Assembly: GCA_964016885.1 (NCBI GenBank)
Contig: OZ024740.1
Span: 220,100,001 to 220,164,000 of the forward strand
Source: Eledone cirrhosa
Lineage: Eukaryota
Length of the DNA: 64,000 bases
Direction of reading: 5' to 3'
This document shows positions 14,470 to 26,688 of the stretch, piece after piece. The stretch's first letter is position 1. Each line of letters starts with the position of its first letter. Position numbers and translations under genes: made by a program. The notes beneath the pieces are model-generated. The model did not search any database. It was not told where the DNA came from and saw only the letters and a program-made list of their open reading frames with translations.

Positions 14470-14890
14470 TGGGAAGACAAAAGACCTAATATTATGGTCA
14501 TCAATATGTGGCTTATTAAATATTTGTTTAATAAGCAACTTTACTACATACCAGGAGACAACATTATTGCCAAAACAGAATTTGAGAAAATTGACAAGTA
14601 TTCAGAGCTTTAGTTAGAGTTCTCGAAATCATGGAGAAGGAAAATTATTGTGTTACCAATAATAGTCAGAGTAGGAAGTTTAATTCTTTTTTTACGAAAA
14701 ATCAATTGTAGCTCAGACAACTTTAAATAAAAACAGATATTAGCATCATATATAAAGTCCTACTGTTTGACACCACTAATATTCCAAGTAAAGTATTTGC
14801 TGTTAGAAATGTTTTGACTTTAGGAAAAGAATTACTATTTTCATTTCCCAATAATCAACACTTACACCAAGCATAACTTCATAAATAATA
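14470..14890 (+). mobile_element. R4/Dong-like (RLE) LINE remnant, endonuclease region
   Basis: RPN.., IPGDNII.KTEFEKIDKYSEL, IIVLPIIV; followed by (TAA)n. Confidence 0.55.
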
Positions 14891-14982
14891 ATAATGGTTT
14901 CATTTATTGGCCACAAGGACCGACATATAGGGGACAATACAATAGATGGGGAATGTGGGGGTTAACAATAATAATAATTATT

Positions 14983-15168
14983 ATTATTTCTACTTTTGGC
15001 ACAAGGCCAGCAATTATCCCAGTGCATTACTGGTACTTTATTTTATCGACCTCATAAGGATGAAAGGCAACGTTAACCTCGGCGGGATTTGAACTCAGAC
15101 CATAAAGGGCCGTAACTCTTTGCTGCAAAGCATGGCGTCCAATCCTCTACCGATACTGCCAATCCACC
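14983..15168 (-). mobile_element. Meta-domain tRNA-SINE
   Basis: Reverse complement of the same consensus; further partial copies at 15618-15960. Confidence 0.85.
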
Positions 15169-15395
15169 CAATTGTCATAGAAGCACTAGATATCTCAAAC
15201 AGTTTTCAAGGGTGGTTAAAGAACATTAGTCCAGCCCCATTTTTTGGAACACTTCAAAAGGCATGCTTGCTGGGAACAGCAAGAACCCTCCGACCTGAAT
15301 ATCTGAGACTGCAGGTAGCAGCTTGATGTTCATTTGAACAAACTTTCCAGTTAAATAACATAAATGACTGAGACTCCAAGAATAATAATAATCAT
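15168..15395 (+). mobile_element. R4/Dong-like LINE extreme 3' end
   Basis: IVIEALD..TLQKACLLGTARTLR followed by (AAT)n; a further remnant of this type near 12780-12900. Confidence 0.65.
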
Positions 15396-16239
15396 TATCA
15401 TCATTGTTTAACATCCATTTTCCAGGCTAGCATGGGTTAGACAGGTTGTCCCAAGTTGAGTCAGGTGGCCGTGTCTTACTCATATAGAACTGTTTCTTGC
15501 TAGATCTCTATGGCTGGATGCCCTTCCTAACACCAACCACATTTACAGTGCGTGCTGGGTGCTTTTTGTCGTGTCACCTACATGACCACTTTACAGTATG
15601 GGCTGGATAATGATAATAATAATTGTTTCTATTTTAGGCACAAGGCCAGCAATTTGAAGGGGAGGGGAAAGTCGATTAAATCGCCCCCAGCATTTACTAG
15701 TGCTTTTTTTCATCGACACCGTAAGGATGAAAGGCAAAACTAACCTCAGCGGGATTTGAACTCAGAACGTATAGAGCCATAACTCCATGTCGTGAAGTAT
15801 GGTGTCCAATAATAATAATCGTTTCTAACCTAGGCACAAGATCAGTAGTTTACAGGAGAAGGGGTTAGTTAATAAAACTGACCCCAGTGCTTCATTCCTA
15901 ATTTATTTTATCAAATCCAGAAGAGTGAAATACAAAATTGACCTTAGTAAGAATGCAAAGAGCCACAAAAAACATTGGAAGGCATTTGTTTAACACTACC
16001 ATGACCACCACCACCAACAACAACAACAACAACAACCAGAATAATAATAATTACTAATTTTGGCACAATTCCCAACACTTGTAGGCGAAGGCAGTAGCTG
16101 ATTAAATTGAACCCAATAAAGGATTATGGTGGATATATTAAAATAAGTACACATATATACACACATATATATATGTATATACACACACATGCATATATAT
16201 ATATATACACACACGCACATATATAATATACACACATGC

Positions 16240-16272
<33 letters not shown>

Positions 16273-16292
16273 TATATAATATACACACATGC

Positions 16293-16325
<33 letters not shown>

Positions 16326-16342
16326 TATATAATATATGCACA

Positions 16343-16426
<84 letters not shown>

Positions 16427-16524
16427 CACATATATACACACACACTTTCGATATTCAATATATATGTAAGAGATAGCTTAATGAAATTCATATATGCATA
16501 TGAATCCATTATAAATATAATTTC

Positions 16525-16556
<32 letters not shown>

Positions 16557-16593
16557 GGGGAGAGAGAAAGAGAGAGGGAGAGAAAGAGAGAGG

Positions 16594-16635
<42 letters not shown>

Positions 16636-19600
16636 ATGAGAGAGATTAGAAAAACTGATAAGTTTTTATTGACAATAAACTATAAAGGAGTTTTGCCATA
16701 ACATTATTCAAACTAATGAATCAATAGTTTCCTGATTGAGCTACACCAACATCTCAAAATATTGTTTGACCCATACTACTAGTTCCAGTATGTCTGAATG
16801 ACAAAAGCAACTTCTACCCTTATTTTCAGTAGGGTGCCCAATAGGAAGGGTGTCCAGATTAGAAATAATTGCTCCAAAAAGAGCCATCGCACTGATGACA
16901 GTCTGGGAAAATGAGTGCAAAAAAGGAAAATCCTCATTATCATCATTACCATTGGTGCTTTCTGTGATGGTATGAGTTAAACAAAACGTTTTGACATAAA
17001 ATTCTATGTCTGGATGCTTTTCTGCATGCTGACTTTCATGTTTCAGATTTTCACATGCTTAATTGTCAAGCTACAGGAATTTTGTTTATGGAGGGCATAA
17101 ACTAACAAACACACAGGCACATATACACATACATATGTATTCAAAGTTTTGCGTAAAGTTTTCATCTACTAATTTCACCTACAAGACATTGGTCAACCTA
17201 AGGCTATATTAAAAGACACTTGTCCAAGGTGTCATGCAGTAGAAGAGAAGTTGAAATCACTTTTTAACCATACAACCATGCTTGTAAAAACAATTTCTTG
17301 TCAAAATTGGCAATAGCTTCATATTTAGGGTACTAACTAGTTTTCATTATGCCGTGTGTGCGTGCATGTGTAATTGTTTGTAGAAGCTTTAATAAATAAT
17401 TAATATTCTAAGAAAAAGTGATCAGTAATCTTCCTTTCTTTTGAATACTTCAAGATAAAAATGTTTCATGACTGACTTTCTTATTTCTAAAGAATATACA
17501 CTTGCTTATAAAGAAAGAGTGCACCCAGTACACTTTGTAAAGTGGATGACAATTGAATGGGACTATGTATGAGTAAAGAGGATTTTTAGTCATGTCCAAG
17601 ACTTCTAGTGTAAAATATTTGGTGTTAAGAAGAGCATCCAGCCATAGAAGCCACGTCAAAGCTTGGAACATACAGATGTGATCATACAACCAGTCTAGGA
17701 ATGCAGTACTTCTGAATAAGAACAGAATTGAACTATAAGGACACCCCAAACAGTGCCAGCATGTAAAGCAGGTGAAAAATGAGAAAGATGAGAATGGTAA
17801 TGATAATAATGATCATGAAAGACTATGTTCATGAAATATATATATAATTTTTATAAACATCTTATTTTGTTGATCACATTTACAAAAGATTAAGTTAAAC
17901 TGATCATTTCCACACTGATCATTTCCAGTCATGCTCACATTAAAGTATATATGGGTCTATAACTCTTGATGGAGTCATGGGGACACCATCTTGAGCACCT
18001 TAAACCTAGCAGAGCCCATCATCTCCCCAGGTCAGAACACAGCCAATTTCTTCCAGAGAAGAAAAGAGAGAATGGGAGAGAGGAAATGAGAAAGAGATAT
18101 TACAAGGATCTGCTGAAAAGTTCATCGGCTTACTATGAAGGATTTATGCTAGAGCTGGATTTGTATTCATAGCATAGAGAACCAGAACAAATGCTAAAAG
18201 GTATTTTGTCCAACACTAATGACTATTCCAATGTAGGAATAGTAATGGCTGAGAAAGATCTGATTTGGCGAGTGAGAAAGAGATGAAAGGATGTTTGTAT
18301 GTCAGCCAATGATAAGGTAGGTGAGGATATGAACTAATGCAGATAATTCAGAATGTCAAATAATCTAGCACAGTTATGCGAGAGGAGTGTGAGAGCTAGG
18401 AAGAGTTGTTTACATTAACCCTTTTGTTACTGTATTTCTATTGAAATACAGTAAAAATAATCAAGAATTTGGAAGGATTTAGTGATATAAACTAATGTTC
18501 TCCTTATTAAGATGGTGTTTAGAGCATAACTTAAAGTTAATTGCATAAAATTATGATGGAAGGTTTTTATATAACCCTTGCAAGCAGGGAAAAGCGGACG
18601 TAAAATGATGATGATGATGATTAAAACTTTAAAATTAATAGTTTTGTATAGTAGAAACAGGAGCAGTTTGTGGGTTGGTGTTAAAGGGGTGAAAGACACC
18701 AAGGACAAAAAACTTCAGAGGGAAATGAATTGAGATAGATGACCTCAGTGTGGATAGCTAAATAGCTATTTAAAGAGCAGTAGAGAGGGGTTAACTTGGA
18801 TGACTAGAAAAGTGAGACTTTGATCCAAAGTAAGTGGAAGGTATTGAAGTTCAGGTATGTTGTAGGTAGAGTGGATTGTTTAGATGCCACCTGTCAGAAA
18901 TTAATGATATTGAGTGTAGCTTGGAGAGCAAAGATGGGTAAATGATAGGGTATGACAGATTTGTATCTCAAAGAAAAATATGATATGTAGCTTGTGAATT
19001 AGTAAGAGGTGATGGGAAGGATCCAAGCTGGACTGAGGTTTACAGATGTTGGTTTAGAGGTCAGATAATTGTCTGTGTATTAAGATATTTTTGAAGTGTC
19101 AACAGTGACCTGGATGCATACTCCTAATTAGACCATTACAATACTACTGGACTTAAAATAATTATTATCTTCAAGATCAGTATTTCTAAATATACCTGTT
19201 TAATGTGGTATCTCGTAATTATAAAATCAAATCAAATCAACTTTAACGTCATCATTTTTATGTTTATTTTCCTATACTATCATAGATTTAATTAAAAACA
19301 TATTTATGAACATTCTCATCATAAAGACCATGGTGATTTCTTAAAATATTACTCCCTAAAATATGGATGCATGGTTCTGTAACTCGTGTGGGAGTTGTAG
19401 GGGCACCATATTGACAGTGCTTCTAGGGCAATTTAAAACTTGGCACAGTCTATCCCTCACCAGGTCTGAATACAGCAAATGTCCTCCACGGAAGGATAGA
19501 GAGTGAGATAATGGAAATGTGAAAGAGATATAGAGGAAGAATCAACCCCAGTACTAGACTGGTATTTATTTTATTGACCTCAAGTGGTTGAAAAGCAAAG

Positions 19601-19976
19601 TTGACCTCAGTGAGATTAGAGGGCAAAGAGCGGTAATGAATACAGCAAAGCATTCTAACGAATCTGCCAATGTTACACCTCCCTAAAATATATCTATTGT
19701 TTAAAAAATATTGTTTAAAAAATATATGTAAATAATTTATTGTAAAGAAAACATTTATAGAAAGCATAATAATTTCTTTTGAGTTTTATCAAAAGAAAAA
19801 AATAATAACCTTAGTTGTAGAGAAATCAAATTTGTTAGTGTTTATTTATTTATTTTTTCTTATTCTAGATAATAAATAACATATGTAAACTGTTTTGATT
19901 GAAAGCAGAGAGTAAGAAAATGAACACATTAACAAGATAATATCTAATATCACATGAACAGCTAAACGGCCTATAA

Positions 19977-21121
19977 CATGAGTGGCGAACCTATGGCACG
20001 TGTGCCCAAACTGACACGTGAAAACATTCTATTGGAATGCAGGAGATATAATTTTTTGTTAGTAATATTATTAGATGCAAAAATAAAACAATTTTTCAGC
20101 TGTTTCCTTAGGATATATGTGTGGGCTCTGTGATACACTGCTTCAAAAAAATGTTTGTTAGTAACAATTGGTCATCTTGTCAAAACAGCAATATGTGTTT
20201 GCTTTGAGTTTACTTGTATTGCCTTTGATTGACACTATGTCATCAAAGATTTTAAGCAAGCTCTATAAGAATGTTTTTAAACCTTTTAATACCAGCCTGC
20301 TCCAAAATGCCTCTGGTTCTATGAAATACAATACCTCATTTTAAAGGGTTTCAAATAAAAATATTTCAACATAATTTTATATAAGAACCATATATGAGGT
20401 TACTATCTTAGTAATGAAATAATGGTTTTTGTAAATCCCCCCAAATTTCTCATTAATTACCATAGATACTTGTATATAAGCCGAGAAATATGTGACCCAA
20501 AAAATTGATGATAAAATGGGGAGGGGTCGGCTTATATTTGAAGTCAATATTTTGCCAATTTTCACCAACTTCAAAAATCTACATAAATGAGGTGCTAAAA
20601 TATTTTCACTTTGGAGGTGAATATTTCACCAGTTTCACATTGGAGGTGAATTTTAACTACTTTCAGTTTTGATGTGAAATTGGTATTTTCTATTATTTTT
20701 AATGTTTTGAATGAATATAGTCTTCAAAACAGTAGGAAATTGGTAAAAATTATTACATAATGGAGTTGTGAAACTCTCATGAATGGAGAATATATTTGAT
20801 ATTTAAAATGTTTTAAGTATAATTTGTTGATTACCTGCCTCAGCTTATAAATGGGGTTTAGAATTTTGCCTATTTATCAGATATAAAATAAGAGGTCGAC
20901 TTATATTCAAGTATGTACAGTAATTTGTATATTTCATTAGAAATATGCCCGCAAAAAGTTTAAGCATTTCGTTCTCATTCTCCATAAAATAATTTTTAAA
21001 ATACAAATATATTGAATATGATAACATGCTTTTCAAAATTCCCATGGGCACAAGTGGAAATTTTTTGTAGAAGGTTATTGCCAATGAGGGCACATACTCT
21101 CAAAAAGGTTCACCACACTTG
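19977..21121. mobile_element. hAT (Charlie-like) non-autonomous element with nested insertions
   Basis: Exact 8-bp TSD GCCTATAA on both sides; TIR-like GTGGCGAACCT / AGGTTCACCAC. Confidence 0.8.
20460..20920. mobile_element. pogo/Tigger-like MITE
   Basis: TA-flanked; ends C.TAGATACTTGTATATAAGCCGA / TCGACTTATATTCAAGTATGTACAG. Confidence 0.65.
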
Positions 21122-21679
21122 GCCTATAATGTACCTAAAAAGGAGAAATAGTCACACCAAAAATTATTACAGTTGAATGGTCATTTACTATACATGAAAA
21201 CTCAATCTTTTTGACTAAAGATCAAACAATGCTGGGGTGTATGGAACCAGAACTTAGCCAGTAAGACTGGTTAAGTTCTAGTTTAGTAAAATGAATTGAT
21301 TTATGCTTTACAAATTCTTTCTTAAATATAAAAATTTAATTAAAATACAAATTCCTTTTCTAATAGATCCATGGAGTGTTGAAATGACTGCAAAACAAAC
21401 AATAAAAATGTATAGAATTCAATCATCTGAAACAAACTGAGTGGATTATTCATTATATAACTAAAACTGATTCCTTTTGACTAGATCAGAAATTTTCAAA
21501 CTGTGTGTCACAACACATTACTGTGTTGCCAATAATCTTTAGGTGTGTTATGAAATTAAGTCAAACCTGATCAATTTTTCATGAATATTTGGCTGTGAAA
21601 TATATTTCAGATCTGACAACTCTGCAAACAATCAGACACATGACTGGTGATATGTGATATGATATTTAATTTTTTAACT

Positions 21680-22300
21680 AACCCTTTCATGATCATATTT
21701 CTCATTAAATACACTCTATTTCAATTAATTAATGGAGAATTCCAGGAGATTTACTAAAATTACTAATTACTTCATTATCAAGATGGCATTTGTCATATAA
21801 TTTAACAAAAGATTCTTATATCTGATAATCATCATCATCATTTTACGTCCGTTTTTCCCTGCTTGCAAGGGTGGGACGGGAACTGATTCTGGCTTGATTT
21901 CTACAACTGGATGCCCTTCCTAACACCAACCTCATTTACAGTGAGTGCTGGGTGCTTTTTTCCTGTCGCGCCTACATGTCCACTTTACAGTGTGGGCTGG
22001 ATGCTTTTTTGCTGTGGCACCTCCACGACCACTTTGCAGTGGAATGATAGGGACCCCAGTCCTATCATCTCATTTCTACAGCTGAGTAAACTGGAGCAAT
22101 GTGAAATAAAGTGTCTTGCTCAAGGACATCACCCGGTCTGAGAATTGAACTCACAACCTTTCAATTCTCAGACCAGGTGATGTGTTGTTTCCTTGAGCAA
22201 TGTTGAAAGATTTTAATTTAAATAGAAACCCATTAAAATGGGTGTCTTTGTTTCATAGAATCAAAGGTGATTTGGGGCAGGTTGGAATCCAAAGGGTTAA
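21680..22300 (+). mobile_element. Older piggyBac-like MITE family B interrupted by a SINE (related pieces at ~4700-4924, 18415, 20278-20963, 29087-29538, 32476)
   Basis: ACCCTTTCATGATCATATTTCT left end and GGTTGG.ATC.AAAGGGTTAA right end recur at the listed sites. Confidence 0.6.
21829..22200 (-). mobile_element. tRNA/CORE-like SINE with RTE-like 3' tail (also 1-90 minus, 49322-49636 plus, 51211-51486 plus)
   Basis: CCTTGAGCAAGACACTTTATTTCAC core; GGTGTTAGGAAGGGCATCCAG and CCCTTGCAAGCAGGGAAAA.CGGACGTAAAA(TGA)n tail. Confidence 0.85.
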
Positions 22301-22480
22301 TTTTGTTAAGTTCATATCACTAAAAAGATATTTATGTATTACAAAAAAGTGATATTTTTATAATGTGTTGCTATATAGAATCCCAGCATGTTGAGTTTCC
22401 AACATAGGTTGATTCTTGATTAAACTAGTTACTTGATTTCATTTCAACCAGAAAAAAAAAAAAAAAATGTATTTACTTAC

Positions 22481-22568
22481 TTTTATAAAGTTGAGCTGGA
22501 TTTCCTCCATAAATTATTTTGGAACATATAACATCTATTTGAGTATCCACTATAACTGTAATTCCTTC
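22481..22568 (-). other. Probable 88-nt upstream (5'UTR) exon of the same gene
   Basis: Strong acceptor T10GTTGGCAG and donor AAA|GTAAGT in unique sequence. Confidence 0.55.
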
Positions 22569-22829
22569 CTGCCAACAAAAAAAAAACAATTTATTTTAGT
22601 TTAAATGGAAGTAGCAACAGTTATTAAAATATAAAACAATCAATAATTGGAAATGCATTAGGTATTAAATCTTTTTTTATGTGTATTATCAAAACAAAAT
22701 GAATACTATGAAGTGTTCTTTGATGAGGGGAAGAAGAAAAATAATGTTAATGCAAACAAGAAAAAGATCATTTAATTCCCTACAAATTCTGATTTAATAA
22801 ATATGATTAAAGAATGAATAGAGGGAGAA

Positions 22830-23141
22830 ACTAGGTTTAAGAGGAATCAGAAGTGGAGTGCAAGAGAGAAGACTGCACTGGTACAGACATGTGGTGTGTA
22901 TGGATGATGATTGCTAGGTGAAGAAGTGCTAGGAAATCCCAGAGGAGGGAAGCAGCAATAGAGGTATACCAAGGAAGACCTGGGTAGAGGCAGTGAGAGC
23001 TGATCTCAAATCGCTGAGACTTACAGAGGAGATGACAAAGGGACACAGTGAGTGGAGAGATGCTGTGCTGAAAAGGACCTGTCCAACGCTTGCAAGCATG
23101 GAAAAATGAATGAAAAAACAGTGATGATGATGATGATGATG
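22830..23141 (+). mobile_element. Degenerate RTE 3' end
   Basis: RLHWYRHV..PRKTW-like remnant then TTGCAAGCATGGAAAAA..(TGA)n. Confidence 0.7.
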
Positions 23142-23759
23142 TCAACAACATACAAATTCTGTTTTATCATTGAAGTGTCAACAACACACAAATGTTTTAA
23201 GGCCCTACTAAAGCAGGGGATCCCATGATAGGCTACTCCATTTTACCATATCTTCGACATACAGCCCTTTCTGAGGATTGATTCACACCAGTTCACTAAT
23301 TATCCTTATTTCTGAACCCCATCATCATCATCACCATTCAACATCTATTTTCCATGCTTGCATGGGTTAGATGGGTTGTCATATACTGAGGTTAGACTAG
23401 TATGGTGACAATGTCTTGCTTGCATGCTCCATTTTGAGCTTGGTTTCTATGGATGAATTCCCCTCCTAATGCCAACCACTTTACAGCATCTACTTAGAGC
23501 ATTTCATTGTGACTCCAGCACAGTATTCACTAGATGCTTTTTCAGTGCAGCATCAGCACTACCACCTTACAGGGTATAGTAGATACTTATAATGGCATTA
23601 GTACTATCCCTTTACAGAGTAGGCTGTGTACATTTTATTGAAACACCAGCACTAACTCATTACAACATGACATACAAAAAATTTACACTAGATCAAGTCC
23701 AACATACCTACTCACTAAGTCAATTAATTTGGAGTGGTAGATAAGTCACACCCACTTTT

Positions 23760-24175
23760 GTGTGTATAATATTTTGGCTTTGGTCCTTAATCTGTACAGA
23801 AATTGCATAGCTGTTCCTGAACATCTTTTTGAATTCCATGTGTCTAACACACGTGGGCATGCCTACAAAGTCAGAAAACAGCACAGCTCCCATGACTTCC
23901 AGAAACATTTTTTCACGCTCAGAGTTGCTGAAGCATGGAATAAACTACCTGCATCAGTCATTAGCTGCCGAGACACTGCATCCTTTAAAACCTGAAATTC
24001 GCCAACACTACACCTGATATCCACCCCTCTATACACATGCACACATGTATATCATGACTCGTACACAATTCACTTTCCTGACATTTGTACATTATTCTAT
24101 GTACTATACATGCACCTTTGATGAGTTGTAGTGTACCTGAGCACTGTACACAATAATTTCATTATTATTATTATT
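23760..24175 (+). mobile_element. CR1-group LINE 3' end
   Basis: TRGHAYKV..FFTLRVAEAWNKLP..SFK, the typical CR1-type C-terminus, then 3'UTR and (ATT)n tail. Confidence 0.85.
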
Positions 24176-24676
24176 TTAAATACTGTCTGGAACTTTGCTT
24201 AAGGTTGTGTTTAAATAAAAAGAAAACAATTAGCTAAAATAATTACAACCATTGCCAGAACAATCTAGCAAAGTCCTGGAACCATAAATACCATAGCTAC
24301 TTATTTCTGAGAGAGCCGTGGGGGCAGAGTCTTCAGACATACCATCCAGAGGATCCTATCAGAAGCAACTGTCTCCAATTGATCTGGCTTGATCCCCAAG
24401 CAAGACAAGATGAGCTCATGGATGTTATCTAACCATTTTGCTCATGGTCAACCTCTGAGTCTCCTATTGGTTAGCTTTGTTTATAAAATCTGTTCAGCGA
24501 TTCATTCCTTAGACATTCTAACCACATATCCCTTGTATCACAACTTAGATCTCTTGATTCAGAGAAGTAACAGCTCTACCTAGAGAAACCTCCTCAAAAT
24601 CTGAGCTATGCACCCTATTGAGTAACATTACTCCAAAGCCCCAATGAATTAACTCGTGCTTTATACCACCACTCCT

Positions 24677-24866
24677 CGGTGGATTGGCAGTATCGGTAGA
24701 GCGTCAGACACCATGCATTGCAGCATAGAGTTGTGGCCCTTTACGTTCTGGGTTCAAATCCCACCGAGGTTAACTTTGCCTTTCATCATTACAGGGTCAA
24801 TAAAATAAAGCACCAGTAATGCACTGGGATATTTGCTGGCCTTGTGCCAAAAGTAAAAACAATTAT
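24677..24866 (+). mobile_element. Meta-domain tRNA-SINE
   Basis: Full copy from CGGTGGATTGGCAGTATCGG to AAACAATTAT. Confidence 0.85.
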
Positions 24867-26029
24867 ATGTAATATCTAATAGGTATTAGAATTACAGCTA
24901 GCTGATAGAAAAGTATGTACATATGTGTCATACATATTGAAGTCATTTTTTGTTTTCACACAAGAAAGACATCAGTCATCAACAGATTCATATAGAGTGA
25001 ATATTGACATGACCCAACTCACCTAACATTCTCAATCATGTATGTGTATGTGGTGTCTATGTGTATATGTGGTGTATGTGCATGTGTGTGTGTGCACATA
25101 TGTATGTATCTGTTTGCATGTGTGTCTATGTGTGCATACATGTGTTAGTGAACGCAAAGAATTTTAAGTCCACTTTAAAGTCCACGGCAAAGCTCAGAAG
25201 ATAAGTCATATGGCTTTCAGTGTCCACTTTTTTAGTGGAAACAATACAATTTAACTATATGTATATACATACTTTTATTTAGAATTTTCCTGTAATACTA
25301 TAAATATTATAAACTTAGAAAGGGAAACATTTTATCTGCAATATTAACTCAGTATTTACTATTATCAAGACATTTAGTTCATCATTAGTTTGAAATTAAT
25401 TATTTAGTAATTTGTTTTCGCAATTATTAAATGATTAGATGAGTCTTGTTAATAATACCTGTCACCAAGCCAAAACAACAAGTACTTCTACATTGTTATT
25501 TGTCATGCTAGAAATAACAGCCAAATCTCTCTCAAATATTCTACCATTTTAAAAATGGAAGGACAGTGATAACATGGTCATAGACATACTGACTGAAATT
25601 AAGTTAGCATGGTCATAAGTATGCTCCTTCAGAGCTCAAATGGGTATAAATAACAACAACCAAGGTGCGGATGCTTTCAAAGTACCAAAGTATATACAGG
25701 TCTGATCACTTAAATCTGGCAACTTTGGGACCAGGCCATTGCCAAACAATGAAAATTATCAGAAAGCATAAATTCATCCCTGGACTATATTAGCACATGA
25801 CTGGGTCCCTAGACTTTCAAGTATTTCAGACCCCCTCTACTACAAAAAGAAAATTAACAGTTCCCTCATCTCTATGAGACCCCCAAGCTTCAGCATAATC
25901 AACCTTTTGAACAATACAGCTTTAAGTGGAGCCCCTTTGTAAACATAGTCTTGCTAACTCATTTCACATACATAGTGATATCTTATCAAAGCTGTAACAA
26001 AGCTTAGAACAGAAAATAATACAACTAAT

Positions 26030-26688
26030 AATTGTTTCTACTTTTGGCACAAGGCCAGCAATCATCCCAGTGAATTATTGGTACTTTATTTTATTGACCC
26101 CGTAAGGATGAAAAGCAAAATTAACCTCGGTGGGATTTGAACTCAGACCATAAAGGGCTGTAACTCTTTGTTGCAAAGCCTGGTGTCCGACCCTCTACCA
26201 ATACTGCCCTAATAATGCTACCAAACAAGGCTTTATTGTTTCATATAAGTGTTCCTACATTTGGCACAAGGCTAACAATTTGAAGGGAAGAAGAACGTGG
26301 ATCAAATCGATTCAGGTTTTTTACTGGTGCTTTATTTTATCGATCTCGTAAGGATAAAAGGCAAAGCTAATCTCAGTAGGATTTGAACTCAGAATGTAAA
26401 GAGATGTAACTATAAGTCACAAAGCATGTTGTCCAACATTCTACTGCTACTGCCAATCCACTACCTATTTATTGTTTCATATAAGGAAAAGTGTAAAACC
26501 CAAAATAATTGTTTCTACTTTTGGCACAAGGCCAGCAATTACCCAGTACATTACTGCTACTTTATTTTATCGACCCCGTAAGGATGAAAGGCAAAGTTAA
26601 CCTCGACGGGATTTGAACTCAGACCATAAAGGGACGTAACTATGCTGGAAAGCATGGCGTCCGACTCTCTACCGATACTGCCAATCCA
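26030..26688 (-). mobile_element. Cluster of three Meta-domain tRNA-SINEs
   Basis: Copies at ~26030-26209, 26250-26465 and 26506-26688, all minus strand. Confidence 0.85.

Noticed and set aside
16888-16920. CTGATGA-cagtctgg-GAAA
   Set aside because: No valid stem III; lies in a decayed SINE tail
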